The position numbers were made by a program, and so were the translations under genes. DNA of 64,000 nucleotides from an uncultured bacterium (GTDB taxonomy: Bacteria; Verrucomicrobiota; Verrucomicrobiia; Limisphaerales; UBA8199), in assembly GCA_963749495.1 (NCBI GenBank), contig CAVVMW010000010.1:448001-512000 (forward strand). The letters run 5' to 3'. Below the pieces are notes generated by a model, which was not told the DNA's origin, did no database searches, and was given only the letters and a program-made list of their open reading frames with translations. Shown here piece after piece: positions 52,027 through 62,887 of the stretch (position 1 is its first letter; the number at the start of each line of letters is the position of its first letter).

Positions 52027-53244
52027 CACGCACCCGCCATGCTCCTTCTCGACGATTAGATCCAAAACGCGGCAGACCGTGTTCGCGATCATCCATTCCT
52101 CGTCCGTCCGAATGACGCGCACGGAGGTCCTGCCGGTCTCCGGGGAGATCACGCCCGCGTTCGCCAGGTTTCGTTTCTCATCGAGTTCGATTCCAAGAAA
52201 TCCCAGCCCATCGCAAATCCGGGTGCGGACTATGGACGCGTTCTCCCCGATGCCGCCTGCGAACACAAGCGTGTCCAAGCCGCCGAGCGCCGCCGCGAAC
52301 GCGCCGACCCATTTTTTCACCTGGTAACAAAACAAGGCGACCGCCTCGCCCGCCCGCGCGTCCTGGGTTTCGCGCTCCAGCAAATCGCGCAGGTCGGAGT
52401 TGGTTTCGGATATCCCGAGCAGCCCGGACTGGAAATTGACCATCTCGTTGAATTGCTTGGCGCCCATTTTCTCTGTGCGCGCCAGATACCAAACCAGTCC
52501 GGGGTCGAGGTTGCCGGAGCGGGTGCTCATGGGCACCCCGGCTGTCGGCGTGAAACCCATGCTCGTATCAACGGCTTTGCCATGATGGACCGCCGCAAGG
52601 CTCGCGCCGTTGCCGAGGTGGGCGAGGATAACGCGGCCTTGTGCTGCTTCAGCTCCGGCCAGGCGGGCCAGTTCTCCCATCAGAAACGAGTAGGACAAGC
52701 CGTGAAAGCCATAGCGCCGCACCCCCTGCGCCTCGTACCGCCGCGGGATCGGCAACACCTGCGCCACGCGCGGCAGGTCATGGTGGAACGCTGTGTCGAA
52801 ACAGGCCACTTGCGGCAGTTCTGGAAAGCGCCGATGAAACGCCTCGGTCAGCAGGATCTCCTCGGGCAAATGTTCGGGATCGAAGGGGGTGAGCTGACGC
52901 AACTCCTCGACCATTTCCCCGGTGATCAACTGCGGGTCGCTGTACTTCGGACCTCCGTGCACCACGCGATGCCCCACCGCGGCCAGCGCCACCCGCCCGA
53001 GCCGTTCCTCGATCCAATCCATCAGCGCGCCCACCGCCGCCGTGTGATCGGGCGCCGCCAGCGGCCGCGAGAAATTGTCCGCCTGGCTCAGGCCTTTCAC
53101 CCGCAAGGCGGCCTCGGGCAGCCCAATCCGCTCAATCCGGCCCTCCAGAAGGCGTCGGAGCGCGGCGCCGGCCTCGAACAGCGCGAACTTGATGCTCGAG
53201 GAGCCGCCGTTGATTGTCAGGATGCGTGGCGCAGTCGTTTTCAT
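52006..53244 (-). CDS. ackA: Acetate kinase
   Basis: INGGSSSIK, GHRVVHGG, FDTAFH, RRYGFHGLS, HLGNGAS, GGIGEN, TDEE. Confidence 0.95.
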
Positions 53245-53257
53245 TGGCTTGATCGGA

Positions 53258-55803
53258 TCATCGCTGCCACAGGATTCGTGCGTCTTCCAGTGGGATCGCA
53301 ACGCCGTCGCAGTGCGGTATCACCCGCGCCGTATAGTCCGCTGGCGGGCGGTGCGCGGACACGGCCGCGCTGTAAACGCAGCCGCCCGGCGCGCCGGGTA
53401 GTTGGCGGACGCGCTTCATCTCGTGCCGCACGGGGCTGCCGCCGTCAACTCCATCGGCATAAAGCTCAACGCTGATCGCGTTCGCGTCAAGGTCATGGAG
53501 ATAGACTTGAACCTCAAAGACATGCTGCTCGCCTTGAGTCTCCACCTTGGCTTCACCGAAGCGCAGCGCGGCCCATTTCTGTTCCAGACTATGCCGCCAA
53601 TCAAGCATTTGCCTGCCAATTGCGCCTTTCTTGGCAATGCGCAAACGGTAGGCGGCTGCAGCCGGAAGGTAATGTTGCTCGGTGTATTCGCGCACCGTGC
53701 GGTTGGCGGAGAAGCGCGGGGTCAAGCGCGCCATGCTTTCCCGCATCCGGGCGACCCAGGCCGTGGGAATGCCCTGTTCGTCACGGGCATAAAACTCAGG
53801 GATCACGTCCCGTTCGAGCCGCTCGTAAAGCGCTGCGGCTTCCGCCGCGTCCCAGGCCGGATCATCGCCATGCTCCCGACCATCCCCCAGCGCCCACCCC
53901 ACCTCAGGGCGTACGCCTCGGCCCACCAGCCGTCCAATTCCGAGAGATTGATGCCTCCATTGACGAGCACCTTCATGCCACTGGTTCCACACGCCTCCCA
54001 GGGGCGCCGGGGGGTGTTGATCCGAACGTCCACCCCCTGCGCCAGGTGTTCGGTCAGGAGCATATCGTAATCACTGAGGAAGATCGCATGAGGCCGGACC
54101 TGGGGCTGGCGAATGAACTGTATCCACTTCTGGATCAGGGCCTGTCCCGCCGCGTCGGCGGGATGGGCCTTGCCGGCAAGGATGAGCTGCACAGGTCGCT
54201 GCGGATTGGTTAACAGGCAAAGCAGTCGCTCCGGGTCGTGCAGCAGCAGATTCGGGCGTTTGTAGGTGGCGAAGCGGCGCGCAAAACCCAGGGTCAAAGC
54301 GTTGGGATCGAAGAGATGCCCGGCCTCCTCAACCGCCTGGGGCGACGCGCCAGCGGCGGCGTAGTGCCGGGCCAGCCGCTGGCGAGCGTAGTCAATCAGC
54401 GACTTGCTGGCGGCCGTGCGAAATTGCCAGAGCTTGGCGTCGGAGATGCGGCTAATATCCTTCCCCAGGGTCTCCGTCGTCCCCAGCCAGCGGTCTTTTC
54501 CGCAGGCCTCCGTCCAAAGATCGTCGGCGGCCGCCGAGTCCCAGGTCGGCATGTGAACTCCGTTGGTTACGTATCCGACGGGCACTTCGTCCGCCGGCCA
54601 GTGCGCAAAGAGAGGCCCAAAGAGATGCCGGCTGACTTTCCCGTGCAAGCGACTCACCCCGTTCACTGCCCCGCTCCCCCGGATTGCCAGGTAGGCCATG
54701 TTGAAACTTTCCGTCGAGTCTTTCGGGTTCTGGCGGCCCAGGGCCAGCAAATCGTGGAGCGGCAGGTCGAGTTTCTGCTTGGCATAACCGCCGAGGTATT
54801 GCTCGATGAGGGCCGGAGCGAAACGGTCAAAGCCGGCGGCCACTGCCGTGTGCGTGGTGAAGAGGTTCCCCGCTCGTGTGACGGCCAGCGCGACATCGAA
54901 GGGCTGTGCGTTCTCTTGCATGCAACTGCGGGCGCGCTCCAATACGGCGAAGGCCGCATGCCCTTCGTTGAGGTGACAGACTTCCGGTTTGATGCTGAGT
55001 GCGGCTAGCAGCCGCCAGCCGCCGATCCCGAGGAGTAATTCCTGCTTGAGGCGCAACTCCGGCCCGCCTCCGTACAACTCGCTGGTAATCCCACGATGCG
55101 CAGGAAAGTTGGCCGCGTCATTGCTGTCCAGCAGGTAAAGCTTGACCCGGCCAACTTGGACCTGCCAGGCGCGCAGCCATACAGAGTAACCGGGCAGGGC
55201 GATCTCCAACCGCAACCACTCGCCGTTGGCTTGGCGCACCGGCGTGATCGGCAACTGTCCAGGGTCGTTGTAGGGGTAGAGCGCCTGTTGCGCTCCGTCC
55301 TTGTCAATCACCTGGCGAAAATAGCCTTGCTGGTAGAGCAACCCCACTCCCACCACCGGCACGCCCAGATCGCTGGCGGCTTTGAGTTGATCGCCGGCCA
55401 CATTGCCAAGCCCGCCTGAGTAGATGGGCAGCGCTTCGCTCAACATGAATTCCATGCTGAAATACGCGACGCAGGTTAGGAGAGCCTCTGGATGATGTTG
55501 CTGGAACCACGCGGGCGTCTGCGCCGCGTGATGCTTGGCTCGCAGCAGGTCATCCACGTTCTTACGGTAGGCAGGATCGGCCAGCACGCGCTCGAGTTGG
55601 TCCCGCGAGACGGTCTGCAGGACAACCCAGGGGTTCTGCGTGAGTTCCCACAGCCCAGGATCAAGCTGCCGCCAGACTCTGTCGGCAGCGTGATTCCAGG
55701 ACCAGCGCATATCCAGGGCCAGCTCCGCCAGGGAATCGAATCCCTCGACTTCCGTGGGCAGGAGGCTGTAAATCGGGTGGCTGACACGGGTTTGTTTGCT
55801 CAT
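53258..55803 (-). CDS. glgP: Alpha-glucan phosphorylase; frameshift in C-run 53907-53909
   Basis: AYFSMEF, YSGGLG, HLNEGH, FTTHT, TNGVH, ARRFATYKR, GKAHP, EACGTSGMK, LDGWW. Confidence 0.95.
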
Positions 55804-55806
55804 AAG

Positions 55807-55947
55807 TCATTTCAACGTCTCCTGCGCCGAACGGCCGTCGATGCCGGCCAGTTCAGCAGCCCGTGCCTGCACCATTGCGCGTGTCACGGTGCCGAGGCCG
55901 GCGGAGTTCTCGGATATATTGCCGTCCTTAAGTGGATTTCTTGTCAT
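55807..55947 (-). pseudogene. 46-aa small protein, probably truncated (DUF2934-like)
   Basis: MTRNPLKDGNISENSAGLGTVTRAMVQARAAELAGIDGRSAQETLK*; starts right behind sigma-54 module 4. Confidence 0.45.
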
Positions 55948-55957
55948 GCTTTTCACC

Positions 55958-56091
55958 AGCTAGAGACGTGCCGTTCGCTTCCCGCAGGCCGGCATCTTGC
56001 TATCCAATGGATTGTGTGCTCCCAGGGTTCGAGCGCGCTTCCTCCTCGTGCAGTTTGCATCGTGCCGGCTCGCGAGACATTGCAATTTGCA
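55958..56091 (-). promoter_or_regulatory. Sigma-54 promoter plus paired activator boxes (module 4, facing glgP-ackA)
   Basis: CGGCACGTCTCTAGCT (GG-N10-GC); TGCAgttTGCA at 56049 and TGCAattTGCA at 56081. Confidence 0.7.
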
Positions 56092-56125
56092 CGAGCTATG
56101 GTTAACCTGGGTGCATAATCTTTTC

Positions 56126-57577
56126 ATGTTGAACCTGGCCCACCATGGCTGGCACATCGGTTTTGCGGCGCTCGCGTTGCTGCTCGACGTGCTGGCGTCA
56201 GGACACGCAGTGCTTCACAAGCGGGATTCCCGGGCGGCCATCGCGTGGGTCGGCTTTGTTTGGCTGGTTCCCCTGCTGGGAGCGGTGCTGTATTTCATTT
56301 TTGGGGTGAACCGCATCCGCCATCAGGCCGCGTTGCTGCGGAGCAACCTCGAGCGCTACCGCGCCCAGGCTGCGGCGCCAGAGTGTCCACCTGAGGAACT
56401 GGCTCGCCATCTGCCGGGCCACGCCGGGCACCTCACCCGGTTGGCTCGGGTGGTGGCCGGCGTGGTGGACCGGCCACTCTTGCCGGGGAATCGAATTGAG
56501 CCGTTGCTCAACGGAGACGAGGCCTATCCGGCCATGCTGGAGGCGATCGGCCAGGCGCGCCAGACGGTCTCTTTCGTCACCTATATCTTCGATCGGGATG
56601 AAACCGGTCTGGCCTTCGCCCGGGCATTGGGCGCGGCGGCCCGCCGGGGTGTGGAAGTGCGGGTGCTCATTGACGGGATGGGGATCCGCTATTCGTGGCC
56701 CACCATTCGCCACACACTGCGCCGGGAGGGGGTGACCTGCGCCCTGTTCCTGCCGTCTCTTGCCTTATGGCACCTGATGTCGCTGAACATGCGCACTCAC
56801 CGGAAGATTTTGGTGGCGGACGGCCGCTTGGGATTCACCGGCGGCATGAATATCCGGTCGGCACACTGCCTCCAGCGCCGAGCACGGAAACCAGTGCAGG
56901 ACATTCACTTCCGGGTGAATGGTCCGGTGGTGACTCAGTTGCAGGAAGTCTTCGCGGATGACTGGCTCTTCACGACCGGCGAGTCGTTGCGCGGTGATTC
57001 GTGGTTTCCCAAGCTCGACCCGGCCGGGCAGGTGCTGGCGCGAGGGGTCACCGATGGCCCGGATGAGAACTTCGAAAAACTGCGCTGGACGTTGTTGGGG
57101 GCACTGTCCATTGCCAGGCATTCAGTGCGGATCGTGACCCCCTATTTTCTGCCGGACCCCGCCGTCGTCTCGGCCTTGAACCTCGCCGCAATGCGAGGGG
57201 TGCAGGTTGACATTATTTTGCCCTCACGGGGCAACCTGCCGTTCGTCCAGTGGGCTTCCCGGGCGATGTGGTGGCAGGTGCTGGAGCATGGCTGTCGCAT
57301 CTGGCTCACCCCGCCGCCGTTCGATCACTCGAAACTGATGCTCGTCGATGGCGGCTGGGTGTTGCTTGGCTCGGCCAACTGGGATGCGCGGAGCCTGCGC
57401 CTCAACTTCGAGTACAATGTGGAATGTTACGACGTGGAACTCGCCCGCCGCCTCGAGGAGTTGGTGGAAACCAAGCGGAAGACCGCCCATCTGGTGAGTC
57501 TCCAGGAGGTGGACGATCGCTCGCTGCCGGTCCGCCTGCGCGACGGCATCGCGCGGTTGCTGACCCCATATCTGTAG
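56126..57577 (+). CDS. cls: Cardiolipin synthase
   Basis: N-terminal TM/PLDc_N; two HKD motifs HRKILVAD and HSKLMLVD; GSANWDARS. Confidence 0.92.
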   Translation: MLNLAHHGWHIGFAALALLLDVLASGHAVLHKRDSRAAIAWVGFVWLVPLLGAVLYFIFGVNRIRHQAALLRSNLERYRAQAAAPECPPEELARHLPGHAGHLTRLARVVAGVVDRPLLPGNRIEPLLNGDEAYPAMLEAIGQARQTVSFVTYIFDRDETGLAFARALGAAARRGVEVRVLIDGMGIRYSWPTIRHTLRREGVTCALFLPSLALWHLMSLNMRTHRKILVADGRLGFTGGMNIRSAHCLQRRARKPVQDIHFRVNGPVVTQLQEVFADDWLFTTGESLRGDSWFPKLDPAGQVLARGVTDGPDENFEKLRWTLLGALSIARHSVRIVTPYFLPDPAVVSALNLAAMRGVQVDIILPSRGNLPFVQWASRAMWWQVLEHGCRIWLTPPPFDHSKLMLVDGGWVLLGSANWDARSLRLNFEYNVECYDVELARRLEELVETKRKTAHLVSLQEVDDRSLPVRLRDGIARLLTPYL

Positions 57578-57689
57578 GACACTGCGACTCGCCCATCGAT
57601 CTCCGCCGTCTCAAGCTATCGAGAATTCACCTGCGGCAGCCGGGACCAACGCTCAGGGCTTGGGTCGGGCGCCAGCGGAGTGGCCCGAC

Positions 57690-59189
57690 TCAGTGCCTGC
57701 ACGCCCGGCTGACCTTGCGGAAGTGGTGGCCGTAAATCGAGAGAGTCACGGCGAGGGACAATTGTGAGGGGCGGCGGACGAACGTCCAGAGCAGCAAGCC
57801 CCAGTAATGGAAACGTTCGCGGCCCAGGACGCCGAGGCGGAGGTTGGCATGGACAAACGCCATGAGAGACCGCCAGTCCAACGAACTGGCGACCCAAGAC
57901 GGCCGGTATTCGCGCAGGAACGTCCGGATCCGTTGGTAATATGGCCCGGGTGAATAGATGTATTCCAGGAGGCTCTTGTAGCCCTGGCGCAGCGTCTCAG
58001 GGTTCATGTGAGGAATGAAGTTGGTGGTCCCATCAACGTTGTCTCCAGTCGTGTGGCCGAGCAGCCGACCCTGCCGATTGAGCCGTTGGTAAAGCTTGGT
58101 GCCGGGCATGGCTTGCAGCAGGCCGACCATCGCCGTAACGATCCCGCTTTTCTGGATAAACTCGATCTGCCGTTCGAAAACCCTGGGCGTGTCATGGTCG
58201 AATCCGAGGATGAATCCGCCCTGAACCTCCAACCCCGCGCGCTGAATGCGTTTCACGTCGGCGACCAGATCGCGGCCCCGGTTCTGGCGCTTGTTGCACT
58301 CGGTCAGGCTCGCCTCCTCGGGCGTCTCGATGCCGATGAACACCTGGTTGAATCCCGCCGCGACCATCAACTGCAGCAGCTCTTCATCGTCGGCGAGATT
58401 GATCGATGCCTCGGTGAAGAACGGGATGCCGCGCTTGCCTTTCTGCCACTGCGCCAGCGCCGGCAGCAGGTCCTCCTTCAGCGCCCGTTTGTTTCCAATG
58501 AAATTGTCGTCCACGAAGAAGACCGCCCCGCGCCAGCCCAGCCGGACCAAGCCCTCCAACTCGGCGATCACCTGCGCGGTGGTCTTGGTCCTGGGCCGAT
58601 GTCCGAACATGGAGGTGATGTTGCAGAATTCGCAGTCGAACGGGCAGCCGCGCGAAAACTGAAGGCTCAGGGTCGCGTAGCGCTGCAGGTCGGCCAATTC
58701 CCACAGTGGGGCCGGCGTCTGGCGCAGGTCGGGGAAGTTCGCCGACGCATACACGTGCCGCGCGCCGCCGTGCTCGAGGTCGTCCAGGAACCCCGGCAGC
58801 GTCTCCTCCGCCTCGTTCAACACGAAATGGTCCACTCCCGAAAACTGCTCGTGCTCGAGCGTGAAGAGCGGCCCGCCCGCCACGATCGTCTTGCCCGCCG
58901 CCCGGCAACGCGCGATCAACTCGCGCGCCGATTCCCGCTGAGCGATCATCCCGCTGACGAACACCAGGTCGGCCCAGGCCAGGTCTTTCTCGCGCAACTT
59001 GCGCACGTTCACATCCACCAGGCGCTTGGCCCAACGCTTTGGCAACATCGCGGCCACGGTCAGCAGCCCCAGCGGCGGCAAAGAGGCCCGCTTGTGGATG
59101 AACTTCAACGCGTGCTTAAAGCTCCAGAACGTGTCCGGGAACTTCGGGTATAGCAGCAAGACGTTCACCTGGCTTCGTTTCAGCGGCAT
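57690..59189 (-). CDS. B12-binding radical SAM protein with DUF4070-type tail
   Basis: YPKFPDTFWSF, PPLGLLTVAA, SRGCPFDCEFC, FFVDDNFIGN, GFILGFDHD. Confidence 0.9.
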   Translation of the reverse strand: MPLKRSQVNVLLLYPKFPDTFWSFKHALKFIHKRASLPPLGLLTVAAMLPKRWAKRLVDVNVRKLREKDLAWADLVFVSGMIAQRESARELIARCRAAGKTIVAGGPLFTLEHEQFSGVDHFVLNEAEETLPGFLDDLEHGGARHVYASANFPDLRQTPAPLWELADLQRYATLSLQFSRGCPFDCEFCNITSMFGHRPRTKTTAQVIAELEGLVRLGWRGAVFFVDDNFIGNKRALKEDLLPALAQWQKGKRGIPFFTEASINLADDEELLQLMVAAGFNQVFIGIETPEEASLTECNKRQNRGRDLVADVKRIQRAGLEVQGGFILGFDHDTPRVFERQIEFIQKSGIVTAMVGLLQAMPGTKLYQRLNRQGRLLGHTTGDNVDGTTNFIPHMNPETLRQGYKSLLEYIYSPGPYYQRIRTFLREYRPSWVASSLDWRSLMAFVHANLRLGVLGRERFHYWGLLLWTFVRRPSQLSLAVTLSIYGHHFRKVSRACRH

Positions 59190-59223
59190 TTGAGGGATGC
59201 TACATGACAAACCTGCCCGGGGG

Positions 59224-59448
59224 CTATCGGGGATTTACCCCATGTCCGATCTGAAAGGCAATCGTTCCCAGCGCAATCAAGACGATCTGGACGGGTGTCG
59301 TTCTTGCCGCGGTGGCGGCGCTCGATGGAGCGGGCGCCGGTTCGCTGCCGGGCGCAGCTTTAACCGGCACAGCGAGCGTCTGGGCTGAGAAGTCGGGCGG
59401 TTCAGGCCCCGTTGAAAGTTCAGCGAACCGTTTCATTCCGATCGGCAT
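59224..59448 (-). pseudogene. Probable AI-2E-family transporter N-terminal remnant
   Basis: Pro/Ala-rich leader then TPVQIVLIALGTIAF, cut off; position downstream of yqjDEK-like genes. Confidence 0.4.
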
Positions 59449-59476
59449 CGTCGCCGGCGGTGAACAGGCAGCGCGG

Positions 59477-59806
59477 CTACTTTTGTGCTTGTTTTTCACG
59501 GCGGGAGCGAAACGCGGACCAGATCGTCGAGGCCAGGCGCGCGCCCTCCAGGATCTTCGGGAACCAGGAGGACTTCGCAGGGCCGGGCGCGGGCGGACCG
59601 CGCCGCAAAGCCGTGACCCCGGCCACCAGGAAGGCAGCGGCCGAGGCCCACGCGGCGATGGTTTTAGCCCGGTGGGCAAGGTCGTGAACTCCGTGCGCCA
59701 TCGTCTGCCATTCCTCGGCCAACTGGGCGCGGTTGAGTTCACTCTCCGCGATCAACAGTCGCTTCCGCAATTCGAGCGGGCTTACGTGAGGTTCTTTTCC
59801 AAACAT
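59477..59806 (-). CDS. YqjK-like small protein
   Basis: LELRKRLLIAESELNRAQL; third gene of the elaB/yqjE-like trio. Confidence 0.65.
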   Translation of the reverse strand: MFGKEPHVSPLELRKRLLIAESELNRAQLAEEWQTMAHGVHDLAHRAKTIAAWASAAAFLVAGVTALRRGPPAPGPAKSSWFPKILEGARLASTIWSAFRSRREKQAQK

Positions 59807-60171
59807 GCGCGGTCCTTTCGGAGTTGATCGAGGGTGGCCGGAAGATTCTGCCAGTCGCGCAGCAACAGCGTGAGTCGCCGGTAAAGACAAACCGCCGCCG
59901 CCCCGTAGAGGCCGGTCAGCGCCAGCAGCGCCGCCACCGGCGAGAGTTCCCAGAACAAAACCACGATGGCGCCGGTAAGGGCTGCGCCGGCGAGCAGACC
60001 AAAGGTCGCTACGCCCAGGGCCAGCAGGATGGCGTGCAGGAGGCGCTCGCGCTCCTCCTGCACTTCCACCATCAACAATTCGAAGCGGTTTTCTCCGATG
60101 GTCAACAGCCGTCGTGCGAAACGCTTCGACGTCTCGGCGAGTTGCCCGGTATTGGCAGGGGGCGGTTCCAT
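59782..60171 (-). CDS. YqjE / phage-holin-family membrane protein
   Basis: ENRFELLMVEVQEERER, two TM helices, ATLDQLRKDR. Confidence 0.8.
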   Translation of the reverse strand: MEPPPANTGQLAETSKRFARRLLTIGENRFELLMVEVQEERERLLHAILLALGVATFGLLAGAALTGAIVVLFWELSPVAALLALTGLYGAAAVCLYRRLTLLLRDWQNLPATLDQLRKDRACLEKNLT

Positions 60172-60178
60172 GGCGTGA

Positions 60179-60484
60179 TCAGTCGCCCCTGCAAGAGCAC
60201 CGGCGCGCGACCAAATAGCCGATGAGCGCCCCCACACCGAAGGCGATGCCGATGGCTTGATAAGGATGCTCGCGCACGGCCTCGTCCGCGGCTTTGGCGC
60301 CCTCGACCGCCTTCTCCTTGGCGCGGCCGCAGATTTCCTTGCCGCGTTCCAGTGCGGCAGCGAGACGCCTGCGGGCTTCCGCGACTTTTTCTCCGGCCAC
60401 ATCGGCGGTGGCCGCCATCAAGGCGCGCGCGTCTTCGGCGAGCGTGCCCATGTCACTGCTGGTTGGTTGTGTTTGTTTGTCCAT
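60179..60484 (-). CDS. ElaB/YqjD/DUF883 ribosome-binding membrane-anchored protein
   Basis: ADEAVREHPYQAIGIAFGVGALIGYL. Confidence 0.9.
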   Translation of the reverse strand: MDKQTQPTSSDMGTLAEDARALMAATADVAGEKVAEARRRLAAALERGKEICGRAKEKAVEGAKAADEAVREHPYQAIGIAFGVGALIGYLVARRCSCRGD

Positions 60485-60577
60485 AGTGTTTGGTTCCTTC
60501 CACTGTCATCGTGTTTGCTGTGTTTCTTATGTGTTTGTCAGGGAGGGGCGGCTTCACCCGCCCCCCGCCACGTCCTC

Positions 60578-61033
60578 TCAGGCAACCTTGACCTCGATTT
60601 GCTGCGGTTTGGTCTTCGCGGTCTTGGCCAGGTGCACGCTGAGCACGCCGTCTTTGAACTCGGCAGTGACCTTCGCAGGGCTGGCATCATCCGGGAACGA
60701 GAAGTTGCGCACAAAACTGCCGTAGGCCCGTTCCACGCGGTGATACTTCTTGCCCTTCTCCTCCTTCTCGAACTTGCGTTCGCCCATGATGGTCAGCGTG
60801 CCCTCCTCTGCCGTCACCTTCACATCTTCCTTCTTCACTTCAGGCAGCTCGGCCTTGATCAGGTATTCCTTGTCGTCTTCGCTGATGTCCACCAACGGGG
60901 CCCATTCGGCCACCGTCAGCGGTTCCTCCTGGCCCTCGGGCCAGTGAGCCGCGGGGCGGTTGACGAGGCTGCCCAGCGCATGTTGCCAGGCTTCCAATGC
61001 TCTTTGCTGATTCCAATGTCCCAATGCGTTCAT
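60578..61033 (-). CDS. Hsp20/alpha-crystallin small heat shock protein
   Basis: PLVDISE, AELPEVKKEDV, ERAYGSFVRNF, FKDGVL. Confidence 0.93.
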   Translation of the reverse strand: MNALGHWNQQRALEAWQHALGSLVNRPAAHWPEGQEEPLTVAEWAPLVDISEDDKEYLIKAELPEVKKEDVKVTAEEGTLTIMGERKFEKEEKGKKYHRVERAYGSFVRNFSFPDDASPAKVTAEFKDGVLSVHLAKTAKTKPQQIEVKVA

Positions 61034-61111
61034 GATTGTATTTCTTGTTGGCAGGTAGGTTTTCGGGCCGTCGCGCCTGCCCGCCAACGGTTCGGGCAGC
61101 GACGGTAATCT

Positions 61112-61390
61112 TCAGTTGTGCCCGGCAGCAGGGGGCGCCTGCTGCGCGGGGACGTGCTCGGTTGCCGTCAGCACGCGCGCTGCCACCGCTTTGCCATGGA
61201 GCGCCAGAATCGCGGCTCGGGCGCCCTGCGGCGTAGCCATGGTGACGATGGCGAAATCGCGCGGCCGGCCGCTTTCGCGTCCAGCCGGGAGATTGACCTC
61301 GGCGACATTGCCGTAAGGGGAACACAAGGCCCGCAGGTCCTTTTCGGTGGCAGTTGGGGCGAGGTTGCCCACGTATAGTTTGGTATTCAT
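61112..61390 (-). CDS. RRM RNA-binding protein
   Basis: KLYVGNL (RNP2), SGRPRDFAIVTM (degenerate RNP1), AILALHG. Confidence 0.85.
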   Translation of the reverse strand: MNTKLYVGNLAPTATEKDLRALCSPYGNVAEVNLPAGRESGRPRDFAIVTMATPQGARAAILALHGKAVAARVLTATEHVPAQQAPPAAGHN

Positions 61391-61412
61391 GACGTTACGC
61401 GCGACGGGCCGG

Positions 61413-62552
61413 CTATCCCGGTTTGGTGTCCGCCGAGAATTGTCTGGCGAAGGCCAGGAGGTGGTCGGAGATTTCCTGGTTGGCTCGGTCTTTGGTTATT
61501 TCGCCGCGGCCAAATCGCTCGAAATGCCTGGCGATGATGGACGCGGAGCGAATGGAATTCGACGAGGCGACGGATACCGCGTTGTTCAGGCTCAAGCACC
61601 AGGGCGTGAGGGCCATAGCCTCCAGCAGATCGGCTGCCGCCAGGTGCGCATCAACCTTTGCCTTGTCTTGCTCAGCCGCTTCGAAGATCTTCGCCCCGTA
61701 GGGCTTCCCCCCGAATTGGGCGTTGAACTTGTCGAGCCGATTCCTGAGTTGCGCCTCCTCCGCCGCCGGCGATCCCATGAAGGCCCGTTCCAGACGCCTG
61801 AACGAGTGAAAGGCCTCGCAGTAATCCCGGTTTTGCAGCAGGTGCTCGAAAATCGGCATGCCGAAGAGGCCCTGCTGCATCATGAAGGACATGAGGCTAT
61901 CGCGGTCGATCTCCGCACCCAGAATAAACAGGGCCGTGGAGAGGAACGATCGTCCGTGTTCCTTGCTCCCGATCAGCTCGTTTACCAGCGACCCATTTCC
62001 CTGCCGGACGGTGGATGGAAGCGCGAAACCCAGCATGTGCTCGAAGAGCGCCCGGAAAAGCCGGCAGGTCAAGGGCGTGTTGCCCGAGAGCAGGGTTTTT
62101 AGATCGTCGAGTGGGGCTTCAGCCTCGGCCTTGGGCTCTGCCACAGCAGCAGCGGTGTCGCTTCTCGGCTGAGCAAAGCCAGGTGAAAGAGCGGCCATGG
62201 CGCCACCCTGCTGATGACCGGCGCTTACGCGTCCGGCAATCGCACTCTCGAAGTTCCCGCTAGAGACCAATCCGTTCAGAAGCCCCCGTGAGTTCTCGAA
62301 GACACGAGCGACATGATCGGTCACCGAAGGCTCTCCCCAAATCATGACGAACCTCTGGGCGCCGATCATGGCGGCAATGGTCTGAGGGTCCTTGAACACG
62401 GCCTCGTCCACGCCGACGAGTTTGCTTGTTTCGCACAGTCCTTCCCTCAGCGTCCTCAGGTTGAGAGAAGCCGGCAGCCTCCTTTTCAGTTCCGACGCGT
62501 TTTCGAGCAGCCTCAGGCAGTTGTGCAGGGATTTGAGCGTGATTGCGGACAT
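61413..62552 (-). CDS. Hypothetical protein, 379 aa, largely helical
   Basis: Long ORF with protein-like composition; ATG 62552 lies just behind sigma-54 module 5. Confidence 0.7.
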   Translation of the reverse strand: MSAITLKSLHNCLRLLENASELKRRLPASLNLRTLREGLCETSKLVGVDEAVFKDPQTIAAMIGAQRFVMIWGEPSVTDHVARVFENSRGLLNGLVSSGNFESAIAGRVSAGHQQGGAMAALSPGFAQPRSDTAAAVAEPKAEAEAPLDDLKTLLSGNTPLTCRLFRALFEHMLGFALPSTVRQGNGSLVNELIGSKEHGRSFLSTALFILGAEIDRDSLMSFMMQQGLFGMPIFEHLLQNRDYCEAFHSFRRLERAFMGSPAAEEAQLRNRLDKFNAQFGGKPYGAKIFEAAEQDKAKVDAHLAAADLLEAMALTPWCLSLNNAVSVASSNSIRSASIIARHFERFGRGEITKDRANQEISDHLLAFARQFSADTKPG

Positions 62553-62569
62553 AAAATCTCTTCTGTCTA

Positions 62570-62718
62570 TAGCTAACGGCGGGCCAACCTGACGCCCGGA
62601 ACGCGAAGCTCTTGAATTTAACCGAATTAAGGTGTTTTCAGGCCGCCTCTGGCGAACGGCGGGAGCGCAGCGGCGTTGCAATTTGCACGGCCGGCGTTGC
62701 TGCATCATGCACTTTGCA
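62570..62718 (-). promoter_or_regulatory. Sigma-54 promoter plus paired activator boxes (module 5)
   Basis: TTGGCCCGCCGTTAGCT; TGCAattTGCA at 62677 and TGCActtTGCA at 62708. Confidence 0.8.
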
Positions 62719-62887
62719 AACCAGCCGGGCAAACGGATTCGGGAACCACCCCCGCCGGGGGGAAACACCCTACGGTTATCCCCCCGCTAGCCACCGCACG
62801 TCTTCCCGATCATCCTGATGGGGTGAAAAAGAAACCGGAGAAAACGGCAAAGCCCGCCACCCGGACTTCCAAGGTTCGTTAACCATT

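Noticed and set aside
59782..60171. Holin as evidence of a prophage
   Set aside because: It is the YqjE-type member of an elaB/yqjE/yqjK-like trio; no phage genes nearby.
60545..60565. GGGGCGG/CCGCCCC hairpin after hsp20 as an intrinsic terminator
   Set aside because: No U-tract on the coding strand; may be only a stabilising hairpin.
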